Position numbers and translations under genes: made by a program
Part shown: positions 54,230 through 62,770 of the stretch, one piece after another
How positions within the stretch are numbered: position 1 is the stretch's first letter
Layout of the letters: every line of letters begins with the position of its first letter
Assembly (NCBI GenBank): GCA_017475035.1
Contig: JAFVGK010000121.1
Span: 13,015 to 77,014, forward strand
DNA from: Blautia sp.
GTDB taxonomy: Bacteria; Bacillota; Clostridia; Lachnospirales; Lachnospiraceae
Direction: 5' to 3'
Length of the DNA stretch: 64,000 bases
Notes under the pieces: model-generated
Databases searched by the model: none
The model's input: the letters and a program-made list of their open reading frames with translations, nothing else
What the model was told of the DNA's origin: nothing

Positions 54230-55708
54230 ATGGCAAAAAAAGGCTTGATCATTTTTTGTGCGGCTACAGTGATTGCCGCGGCTGGGCTTGGATCATGGCA
54301 GTTTTATTTTAAGGATAAGTTCGGGATTGCTTCAGGCGGCGGAGAAATTGCGTATGTGACGAAGGTCAGCTCTCTTACGGGAGAAAAACTGGGCGTCCAG
54401 AATTGGTATGCAGGTGTTGTAGAGCCCCAGAGCACTCTGAAAGTGAATATCGAAAGCGGACGTAAGGTTACGGAAGTGAAGGTCGCCGTCGGAGACCACG
54501 TGGCGGAAGGCGATCTGCTTTTCGAATATGATCTTTCCAGTATGCAGGATGATCTGAGACAATTGCAGCTGGATCTTGACCGATTAAAAAATGAGGCGAT
54601 GAGCCTGAATGAAAACATCAACGAACTGACCCAGCAGAGGGATAAAGCAGACGCCAACAGTCAGCTTTCCTATACGATCTCGATCGAGACGGCCAAGATG
54701 GATCTGAGGAAGAATCAGTACAGTCAGCAGGAAAAACAGAACCAGATTGATAAGCTGATCTCTTCGACAGACAATACCGAGGTTCGGGCCACCATGGCCG
54801 GGGTGATACAGAAAATCGATACCAGCAAGCTGTCAGCCACGGATGACGGGGATTCCGTATCAGATATGAGTGATTATGATTCCGACAGCCAGGATAGCAA
54901 TGCTTTTATCACGATTCTGGCTACGGGAAATTATCGTGTCAAGGGGACGGTCAATGAACAGAACCGCCGCGAGATTGTCGAAGGCGATCCGGTGATCATA
55001 AGATCCCGGGCGGACGAGAACCAGATCTGGCATGGCACGATGGGTAAAATTGACGAACAGAATGCCAAACAGAACGACAGTGACAGCTTTTTCGGAATGA
55101 CAAGCTCCAGCGGTCAGACAAGCTCGACGTCCTATCCTTTTTATGTGGATCTGGATAATTCTGATGACCTGATGCTGGGACAGCATGTATATATAGAAAG
55201 AGACGAAGGCCAGTCAGAACGGACGGGTATCTGGATCAGTGAGTTTTATCTTGTAGATGCCGACAGCGATGCGCCGTATGTATGGGCCGATGCTGACGGC
55301 AGGCTGCAGATCCGGCATATCAGTGTAGGCGAGTACAGTCCGGAACGCGCGGAATATCAGGTTCTGGAAGGACTATCCGAATCCGACAGCATTGCCTATC
55401 CGGATGAAGAGTTTTATGAAGGGATGACTACGGCGGATATTTCAGAGATGCCGGAGGAGGAGATCGAAGAAGACTGGGACGAAGAAGACTGGGAAGAAGA
55501 CTGGGATGACGAAGAATGGGTTGATGAAGGAACGGAGATTATCTGGGATGACGATGATTTTGATGAAGGCGAGATCATCTGGGATGATGATCTTGATGAT
55601 GGAGAAATCATTTGGGATGATGAGGATATAGATGGTGAAGTCGAGGATTATGATGAAGAAGTCGAGGATTTCGATTGGGGAGATGATGATGAGATGATAG
55701 AATTCTGA
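54230..55708 (+). CDS. Membrane-fusion (MacA/YknX-like) adaptor with a very acidic Trp-rich C-terminal tail
   Basis: N-terminal TM, VTEVKVAVGDHVAEGDLLFEYD lipoyl-like motif, coiled coil, VRATMAGVI, YPFYVDL, VLEGL. Confidence 0.85.
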   Translation: MAKKGLIIFCAATVIAAAGLGSWQFYFKDKFGIASGGGEIAYVTKVSSLTGEKLGVQNWYAGVVEPQSTLKVNIESGRKVTEVKVAVGDHVAEGDLLFEYDLSSMQDDLRQLQLDLDRLKNEAMSLNENINELTQQRDKADANSQLSYTISIETAKMDLRKNQYSQQEKQNQIDKLISSTDNTEVRATMAGVIQKIDTSKLSATDDGDSVSDMSDYDSDSQDSNAFITILATGNYRVKGTVNEQNRREIVEGDPVIIRSRADENQIWHGTMGKIDEQNAKQNDSDSFFGMTSSSGQTSSTSYPFYVDLDNSDDLMLGQHVYIERDEGQSERTGIWISEFYLVDADSDAPYVWADADGRLQIRHISVGEYSPERAEYQVLEGLSESDSIAYPDEEFYEGMTTADISEMPEEEIEEDWDEEDWEEDWDDEEWVDEGTEIIWDDDDFDEGEIIWDDDLDDGEIIWDDEDIDGEVEDYDEEVEDFDWGDDDEMIEF

Positions 55709-55765
55709 TGCATAATCATCATCCGAAGACATTGAGTCAACCTGCAAAACTGCGTTTTGGGAGGA
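55709..55765 (+). repeat. Family B 3' half supplying the RBS of the ABC ATPase
   Basis: AATCATCATCCGAAGACATTGAGTCAACCTGCAAAACTGCGTTTTGGGAGGA. Confidence 0.85.
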
Positions 55766-55772
55766 AGAAGAG

Positions 55773-56444
55773 ATGATACTTGAGCTGCAGGGGATTTATA
55801 AAGACTATATCCAGGGGAAAATGCGCGTGCCTGTTTTAAAGGATATCAATTTTTCCATGGAGGAAGGCGAATATGTAGCCATCATGGGTCCTTCCGGCTC
55901 CGGAAAATCTACACTGATGAATATTATCGGATGTCTGGATCAGTGCACCTCCGGGAAAGTGTTTCTGGACGGTCAGGATATCAGCCGGTGTAATGAGAAT
56001 CAGATGTCGGATCTGCGGCTGAAAAAAATCGGTTTTGTTTTTCAAAGCTTTCACCTGCTGCCAAAGCAGTCCGCGCTGACAAATGTCGAGCTGCCTCTTA
56101 CTTATGCGAAAGTACCTAAAAAAGAGAGAGAGGAGCGGGCTCTGGCGGCTCTCGACCGCGTGGGTCTTGCGGAACGTGTTCATTTTCATCCGAATCAATT
56201 GTCGGGCGGTCAGATGCAGAGGGTGGCAATCGCCAGGGCGATTGTGAACCGGCCGAAACTGCTTCTGGCCGATGAGCCGACCGGCGCTTTGGACAGTAAG
56301 TCCGGCACGCAGGTCATGGAATTATTCCAGAGCCTGAATGATGAGGGCGTTTCCGTTCTGATGATTACACATGACTCTGAAATTGCGGATCACGCAAAAC
56401 GTGTCGTAATGATCAGGGATGGTATTCTGACAGAAAGGTGGTGA
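55773..56444 (+). CDS. ABC transporter ATPase (MacB/LolD/YknY-like)
   Basis: GPSGSGKSTL, GFVFQSFHL, LSGGQMQRVAIARA, ADEPTGALD. Confidence 0.93.
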   Translation: MILELQGIYKDYIQGKMRVPVLKDINFSMEEGEYVAIMGPSGSGKSTLMNIIGCLDQCTSGKVFLDGQDISRCNENQMSDLRLKKIGFVFQSFHLLPKQSALTNVELPLTYAKVPKKEREERALAALDRVGLAERVHFHPNQLSGGQMQRVAIARAIVNRPKLLLADEPTGALDSKSGTQVMELFQSLNDEGVSVLMITHDSEIADHAKRVVMIRDGILTERW

Positions 56445-56448
56445 GAAG

Positions 56449-58644
56449 ATGGGGGTGGTGAAAAAGATCATTGTCGGTACGGTCGTTACATCACTGGTGG
56501 TCGGTGGTGTTGCCGGGGCAATGACTTTTATGCGAAGGCAGAATGAAGTCAAGGTTCAGGTCTGCAAGGTCGGCTATCTTGCTGCCAGCAGTTATTATAA
56601 TGACAGCGAGATGACGCTGGAGGGCAATGTTGTAGCAAACGCCACGCAGACGATCAGCGTGGATAAGGATATGATCGTGGATCAGATTTTTGTCACCAAA
56701 GGACAGAGCGTAAAGGTCGGAGATCAGCTGGTTTCTTTTGATACGACTCTGATAGAGATGAAGCTCAATATTGAAAAACTGAAAAGACTACGTCTGCAGC
56801 TAGATATGAATCGTGCGATTGACCGCATGAATTATATTAAAGCCGGGGGAGATTATACGGAAGATGACATCAATGGCTATGGCGAATATGTTGATTCTCC
56901 GGCGGACAAAATAAACCAGGCTGATGAAACCGACGATATGGACGAAGCCTCTTTATCCACCGGCCCCGGTCACAGGCTGTTTGCAGTGGCGGGGAGGTTT
57001 GTTCCTGTTTTTGCCGCGGCAGTAGAAGATTTTTTCGGATCGGAAACAGCGGAAGACCTTTTTTCATCTGAAGGCGAAGTGACGGATCAGGTCGTGGAGA
57101 ATCCTGATGATCCCGCCGAAGATCCCGATTCCGATGCGGAGTATGATGAAGAAATCGGTGATGATGATTTTGACTGGGACGACCTGGACGATGATGACTT
57201 TGATCTCGATGATGAGGATTTTTTCGACTCCTCTGACGGCATGATGAATTACATGGATGAGGATGACGAAACTCTTGGCTTTTCCTCGGCTGTTGCATTT
57301 ACCGGGGACGATGAACAGACGGATGCTTTCAGCGGAGGCGTGGGAACCGGGTATTATCCTTGGCTGAGTCCCTCCCCCACTCCGGAGCTTTTTGCTTCTG
57401 AGGTGGAGGATGCCGGCAAAGCGATAGGCGCTTACGCGGAGTTCGAGGATGATGAGATTCCGTTTTATAAAAAACTGGATTGGGACACCGTACCGTATCA
57501 GGGGAGCGGGAGCAAGGGGGATCCGATTATCTATCTGTGCAGCTGTGCCAAGGGAAAGGTAAAGGTGACCGGAGGCCTGCTTAATCTCATGGCAGGCTTT
57601 GATCCGGAGGGGAACAGTGTATGGCATGAGGGCGGATATTGGTATCAGCTGGAATTTCATAAGTATGATACGATTGATGACGTGACGGACAGGAAACAGT
57701 CCTGCACGGGATATTATCTGATCAACGGAGGTCTTTTAAATGCTCCCGTCGATCGTTTTGCCATAACGGAATTCCTTCTGGATGAAGCGATGAACTATGA
57801 AGGCGAAGACGATGAAGCGATCGATGACGAGGGGCTGCTGGATGAGGACGCCGGTGATCTGCTGGACGAGGAAGGCGAGCTTGACGATGGGGAGCTGGAG
57901 GATGAGGAAGAAGTCGCTCCCGTTACCCGGGAAGAGGTACTGAATTCTTTGAAAAAGCAGATCCGGACGATGCAGCTTGATCTTCAGGAAAGCGATATTA
58001 CGATCTCGGGACTGGAAAAACAGGTAAACCGTAAAGTGATTTACAGTAAGCTTGACGGCAGTGTTGCCAGTCTTTCAGGCAAGACAGGCAGTTCCAGCTT
58101 CATGACGATCAAAAGCAGTGAGGGCTATTTTGTCCGGGGCAAGGTCAGCGAGCTGTATCTTGACGATATTGTGGAGGGAACACAGCTTGCGTGCTCGAGC
58201 TGGAGCGGCCCTTCCTTTGACGCCGAAGTGATTGACGTTTCTGAATATCCCACTGACAGTGAAAACGGCTTTTATTCTTATGACCAGAACCCGAATGCTT
58301 CCAATTATTATTTTACCGCCACGATACTCGATAAGGATAAGAAGGTTTCTGATTCCGATTATCTGGATATCAAGATCAAAGAAGATGCGAATGCCTCAAA
58401 GGGAATTGTTCTGGAAAATGCTTTTGTCCGCTCAGAGAACGGCCGGAAATATGTATTGAAGGATGTGGATGGTGTTCTGCAGAGACAATATATCAAGGTA
58501 AAGGCTGTAGTGGATGGAGGTCAGAGCGTCCTGATCGGTGCCGGTATCCATAAATCGGACCTGATCGCTTTTCCGTACGGTGATGGAGTGGTTGAAGGCG
58601 CAAAGACGATTGAGGTGGATGTGTCCAAGATTAAAGGTTATTAA
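56449..58644 (+). CDS. Second membrane-fusion adaptor with a large acidic insertion
   Basis: N-terminal TM, IFVTKGQSVKVGDQLVSFD, split coiled coil, IYSKLDGSV, FVRSENGRKYV, IAFPYG. Confidence 0.8.
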   Translation: MGVVKKIIVGTVVTSLVVGGVAGAMTFMRRQNEVKVQVCKVGYLAASSYYNDSEMTLEGNVVANATQTISVDKDMIVDQIFVTKGQSVKVGDQLVSFDTTLIEMKLNIEKLKRLRLQLDMNRAIDRMNYIKAGGDYTEDDINGYGEYVDSPADKINQADETDDMDEASLSTGPGHRLFAVAGRFVPVFAAAVEDFFGSETAEDLFSSEGEVTDQVVENPDDPAEDPDSDAEYDEEIGDDDFDWDDLDDDDFDLDDEDFFDSSDGMMNYMDEDDETLGFSSAVAFTGDDEQTDAFSGGVGTGYYPWLSPSPTPELFASEVEDAGKAIGAYAEFEDDEIPFYKKLDWDTVPYQGSGSKGDPIIYLCSCAKGKVKVTGGLLNLMAGFDPEGNSVWHEGGYWYQLEFHKYDTIDDVTDRKQSCTGYYLINGGLLNAPVDRFAITEFLLDEAMNYEGEDDEAIDDEGLLDEDAGDLLDEEGELDDGELEDEEEVAPVTREEVLNSLKKQIRTMQLDLQESDITISGLEKQVNRKVIYSKLDGSVASLSGKTGSSSFMTIKSSEGYFVRGKVSELYLDDIVEGTQLACSSWSGPSFDAEVIDVSEYPTDSENGFYSYDQNPNASNYYFTATILDKDKKVSDSDYLDIKIKEDANASKGIVLENAFVRSENGRKYVLKDVDGVLQRQYIKVKAVVDGGQSVLIGAGIHKSDLIAFPYGDGVVEGAKTIEVDVSKIKGY

Positions 58645-58681
58645 AAATGGATCCTGAGGAATCGAATGGAGGAAGGATTTT

Positions 58682-59935
58682 ATGCTTGAAAATATACGTC
58701 TGGCTTTTCAAGGCGTTTGGTCGCACAAGATGCGCTCCTTCCTGACGATGCTGGGTATTATCATCGGTATTGCGGCAATTATCGCAATTGTATCCTCTAT
58801 CAAGGGAACCAATGAACAGCTGAAGGAGAGTCTGATCGGTGCGGGAAACAATACGGTCAGCGTAGATTTGTATGAGGGTGACAGCACATATGGCTCCGGA
58901 TGGTCAATGGGCAATGCAAAGCCGCCTCTTTTAACGAAAGAGCAGAAAGAAGCGGTTCTGGCGGTAGACCATGTGGTGACGGCGACGTTTTACTATAAAA
59001 GTGAAAGCGTTTATAACGTTTATTACGGAACGACGACTTTCCAGGGCGGAACCATTTATGGTATTGATCAACGTTATCTCTCCACCAATGGGTACCATAT
59101 TCGTCAGGGCAGGGCATTTGCGCAAAGGGATTATGATAAATACAGGAAGGTTGCCCTTCTGGACGTCAATGCCGTAGAGAATCTTTTTTCAGGGAAAAAC
59201 CCTGTGGGAGAGATTATAGAGATTGGTTCGGAACCATTTACCGTAGTAGGCGTCATTGAGCAGGATTCCGCTTTTGCTCCCAAGATAAACAGTTATGAAG
59301 ACTATATGGATTATAACTACAATGGCGCGATCGGTACGGTAATGATTCCGGATACGGATTGGCCGATCACCAATGAATTTGATCAGCCTCAGTTTGTAAT
59401 CATCAAGGCAGACAGTACCGATAACATGACCCGCGCAGGGAACGATGTCGCGAAGGTGCTGAATCAGAATATCCCGGCAAAAAGCACGTTTACCTATAAG
59501 GCGAACGATGTGCTGGAGCGCTTTCGGGAAAGTCAGCAGCTGGCGGAAAGTACAAATATCCAGCTTATCATGATCGCAAGTATTTCTTTGCTTGTCGGCG
59601 GAATCGGCGTCATGAATATTATGCTTGTTTCGGTAACGGAAAGAACCAGGGAGATAGGTCTGAAAAAGGCAATCGGCGCAAAAAAAAGCGCGATTCTCGG
59701 ACAGTTTTTAACGGAAGCGGCCGTGCTGACAAGTATAGGCGGACTGATGGGCGTTGCTTTGGGAGTGGGCCTGTCCAAACTGATGTCACGTTTTGCGGGG
59801 ATACCCTCCGCAATCAGTGTACCGGCTATTTTGGTTGCCGTGGGTTTCTCAACCTTTATAGGCATTATCTTTGGCCTGCTTCCTTCTGTTCAGGCTGCAA
59901 AGCTGAATCCGATTGACGCGCTTCGCAGTGATTAA
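58682..59935 (+). CDS. ABC transporter permease (MacB/FtsX/YknZ-like)
   Basis: KMRSFLTMLGIIIGI, ISLLVGGIGVMNIMLVSVTERTREIGLKKAIGA, AAKLNPIDALR. Confidence 0.93.
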   Translation: MLENIRLAFQGVWSHKMRSFLTMLGIIIGIAAIIAIVSSIKGTNEQLKESLIGAGNNTVSVDLYEGDSTYGSGWSMGNAKPPLLTKEQKEAVLAVDHVVTATFYYKSESVYNVYYGTTTFQGGTIYGIDQRYLSTNGYHIRQGRAFAQRDYDKYRKVALLDVNAVENLFSGKNPVGEIIEIGSEPFTVVGVIEQDSAFAPKINSYEDYMDYNYNGAIGTVMIPDTDWPITNEFDQPQFVIIKADSTDNMTRAGNDVAKVLNQNIPAKSTFTYKANDVLERFRESQQLAESTNIQLIMIASISLLVGGIGVMNIMLVSVTERTREIGLKKAIGAKKSAILGQFLTEAAVLTSIGGLMGVALGVGLSKLMSRFAGIPSAISVPAILVAVGFSTFIGIIFGLLPSVQAAKLNPIDALRSD

Positions 59936-59973
59936 AAAACAATGAATGGACTTTCTCAGTAAGAGGAGAGAAA

Positions 59974-61740
59974 ATGGAGAAACTTGTTAAACTTCTGGAA
60001 AAGGAACTGGCAGATGCGTTTGAGACGGCGGGATATGATCCTGCGCTCGCAAAGGTTACAGTCTCGAACCGGCCTGATCTGTGTGAATACCAATGCAATG
60101 GAGCAATGGCAGGCGCGAAAGCCTGTCATAAACCCCCTTTGATCATTGCGCAGGATGTTGTGGCAAAGCTGTCGGGCAGTGATGTACTTTCAGATGTGGA
60201 AGCTGTACGGCCCGGATTTATAAACTTTAATGTAGCAGGCAGTTTTCTCGCGGATTATTTATCCGGCCTGCTTGATGATCCAAGACTGGGAGTCGCAAAA
60301 AACAATGTGCCAAAAAAGCTTTTCATGGATTATGGCGGCCCAAATGTAGCCAAGCCTCTTCATGTCGGACATTTGCGTTCGGCCATTATTGGAGAGAGCA
60401 TCAAGAGGATTGCCCGTTTCATGGGCGATGAAGTGATTTCAGACATACACCTGGGTGACTGGGGACTTCAGATGGGGCTGATCATCACGGAGCTTCATCA
60501 CCGCCATCCGGAGCTTCCCTATTTTGACGAAAGCTTTGAGGGAGATTATCCGCAGGAGGCACCTTTTACGATCGCGGAGCTGGAAGAAATCTATCCGTGT
60601 GCTTCCGGAAAATCAAAGGAGGATGAGGCGTACCGCGCGGAAGCGATGGAGGCGACACATCAGATGCAGGAGGGCAGGAGAGGATATCTTGCTCTCTGGA
60701 AGCATATCCTGTCGGTATCCGTTGCGGATCTTCGAAAAAATTATGAGAAGCTTGACGTTTCCTTCGATCTCTGGAAAGGCGAGTCTGATGTACAGAAGTA
60801 TATTCCGCAGATGATCGATGATATGAAAGCAAAGGGCCTTGCTTATGAGGATGCGGGAGCCCTGATTGTAGACGTAAAGGATGAGAAGGATGCAAAAGAG
60901 GTTCCTCCGTGCATCCTTCTGAAATCAGACGGAGCATCCCTTTATACGACGACGGATCTTGCCACCCTGGTGGAACGGCAGAAGGATTACGCTCCCGATG
61001 AGATTTTGTATATCGTGGACAAACGGCAGGACCTTCATTTTGTACAGGTATTCCGCTGTGCGAAGAAGGCAGGTATCGTACCGGAAGAAACCGTTTTGAC
61101 GTTTCTTGGTTTCGGTACCATGAACGGGAAGGACGGAAAACCGTTTAAAACACGGGATGGCGGTGTGATGCGCCTCGAGAACCTGATACGGGAGATCGAG
61201 GAGGAAATGTTCAGGAAAATCGTAGAAAATAAAAGCGTAAAAGATACCGACGCCGGTAAGACAGCGCAGCAGGTAGGCCTGGCTGCGATTAAATACGGAG
61301 ACCTTTCCAATCAGGCAACAAAGGATTACGTATTTGATGTAGATCGGTTTACTTCCTTTGAGGGTAATACAGGACCGTATCTTCTTTATACGATTGTAAG
61401 GATTAAATCCATCCTTGCGCGGTCAGCCCGGGACGGTGAGGCAGACGGCGCGGGAGCTGTTCTGGCTCCGTCAGTCGAGAGCGAGAAAGCCTTGATGCTC
61501 TCTCTTGCTTTGTTTGGACAGGCAATGGAGACGGCTTATCAGGAAAAAGCGCCGCATAAGCTTTGCGCCTATCTCTACGAGCTGTCCAATGCTTTTAACC
61601 GTTTTTACCATGAGACGAAGATTCTCACCGAAGAGGATCTTTCAAGGAAGGCTTCTTTCCTGCAGCTGCTGCATCTCTCCTTACGCACTCTGGAAACAGG
61701 AATTGACCTGCTTGGGTTTTCCGCTCCTGACCGGATGTAG
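59974..61740 (+). CDS. argS: Arginine--tRNA ligase
   Basis: PGFIN, PNVAKPLHVGHLRS (HIGH), GDWGLQMG, KSDGASLY, FKTRDG, FEGNTGPYLLY. Confidence 0.97.
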   Translation: MEKLVKLLEKELADAFETAGYDPALAKVTVSNRPDLCEYQCNGAMAGAKACHKPPLIIAQDVVAKLSGSDVLSDVEAVRPGFINFNVAGSFLADYLSGLLDDPRLGVAKNNVPKKLFMDYGGPNVAKPLHVGHLRSAIIGESIKRIARFMGDEVISDIHLGDWGLQMGLIITELHHRHPELPYFDESFEGDYPQEAPFTIAELEEIYPCASGKSKEDEAYRAEAMEATHQMQEGRRGYLALWKHILSVSVADLRKNYEKLDVSFDLWKGESDVQKYIPQMIDDMKAKGLAYEDAGALIVDVKDEKDAKEVPPCILLKSDGASLYTTTDLATLVERQKDYAPDEILYIVDKRQDLHFVQVFRCAKKAGIVPEETVLTFLGFGTMNGKDGKPFKTRDGGVMRLENLIREIEEEMFRKIVENKSVKDTDAGKTAQQVGLAAIKYGDLSNQATKDYVFDVDRFTSFEGNTGPYLLYTIVRIKSILARSARDGEADGAGAVLAPSVESEKALMLSLALFGQAMETAYQEKAPHKLCAYLYELSNAFNRFYHETKILTEEDLSRKASFLQLLHLSLRTLETGIDLLGFSAPDRM

Positions 61741-61829
61741 AATAAACTAAAAAAACTGGTCAATTTGTTTACAATTCCTAAACCAACCGTTACAAAATCC
61801 TTGAATTTGTATACTTAGTCTGTTACAAT

Positions 61830-61878
61830 AAAGAACGCAGAAACAGAGAATGCTCTGTTTTCTGCGTCTCTTTTTTTG
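61830..61878 (+). terminator. Terminator downstream of argS
   Basis: ACGCAGAAACAGAG-AATG-CTCTGTTTTCTGCGT followed by a T run. Confidence 0.7.
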
Positions 61879-61989
61879 TTAAACCAAACTTAGGATAACC
61901 ATATGGATTTTCTGTCAGGTGAAGCCTGATAAAATGAGCAATAAGACCATCCGATACAGTTACGGATGCTTTCTGAGTTTTGACGTAAA

Positions 61990-62086
61990 GGAAGACTGAT
62001 CCGGTCTTCGGCAGTCCGACTGCCGAAGCAGCAAAATCGTCATCCGAAGACAATGAGTCAACGTACAAAACTTCGTTATGGGAGGA
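61990..62086 (+). repeat. Family B repeat (near-consensus) supplying the ung RBS
   Basis: GACTGATCCGGTCTTCGGCAG-TCCGA-CTGCCGAAGCAGCAAAATCGTCATCCGAAGACAATGAGTCAACGTACAAAACTTCGTTATGGGAGGA. Confidence 0.92.
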
Positions 62087-62095
62087 ATGAAACAG

Positions 62096-62770
62096 ATGGC
62101 GCAGCTTTCGGGGGATTGGCAGGAGGCGCTGCAGGGGGAGTTTCGCAAGGAATACTATGCGAAGCTGTACCGTGCGGTTGTTGCGGAGTATCGCACGGTG
62201 ACAGTTTATCCGCCGCCGGATGAGATGTTTAATGCATTTCACTTTACCCCTTTATCTGAAACAAAAGTAGTTATCTTAGGACAGGATCCTTACCATGGCC
62301 CCGGCCAGGCAAACGGACTCTGCTTTTCGGTAAAGCCTGGTATTCAGACGCCTCCTTCGCTGGTAAATATTTATAAGGAGCTGCACGACGATCTCGGATG
62401 CTATGTTCCCAACAACGGCTGCCTGGAAAAATGGGCAAAACAGGGCGTGCTGCTTTTGAATACGGTTCTGACCGTGCGTGCGCATCAGGCAAATTCCCAT
62501 CATGGCCTGGGCTGGGAGGAGTTTACGGATGCCGTGATACGGATTCTGAATGCTCAGGACCGGCCGATCGTTTACCTGCTTTGGGGCAACCCGGCTAAGA
62601 GAAAACAGTTGATGCTCGACAATCCGGGACAGCTGGTGCTGACAGCTGCTCATCCGAGTCCCTTTTCCGCTTACAATGGATTTTTTGGCTGCCGCCATTT
62701 CAGCAAAACCAACGCTTTTTTAACCGAACACGGCCTGGCTGCGATTGACTGGCAGATAGAGAATATATAA
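62096..62770 (+). CDS. ung: Uracil-DNA glycosylase
   Basis: VILGQDPYH, GLCFSV, PPSLVNI, GVLLLN, HPSP, GCRHFSK. Confidence 0.97.
   Translation: MAQLSGDWQEALQGEFRKEYYAKLYRAVVAEYRTVTVYPPPDEMFNAFHFTPLSETKVVILGQDPYHGPGQANGLCFSVKPGIQTPPSLVNIYKELHDDLGCYVPNNGCLEKWAKQGVLLLNTVLTVRAHQANSHHGLGWEEFTDAVIRILNAQDRPIVYLLWGNPAKRKQLMLDNPGQLVLTAAHPSPFSAYNGFFGCRHFSKTNAFLTEHGLAAIDWQIENI

Noticed and set aside
49298-60000. T-box leaders for hisS, aspS and argS
   Set aside because: hisS overlaps the upstream gene, and the aspS and argS gaps are only ~20-40 nt; there is no room and no T-box motif.
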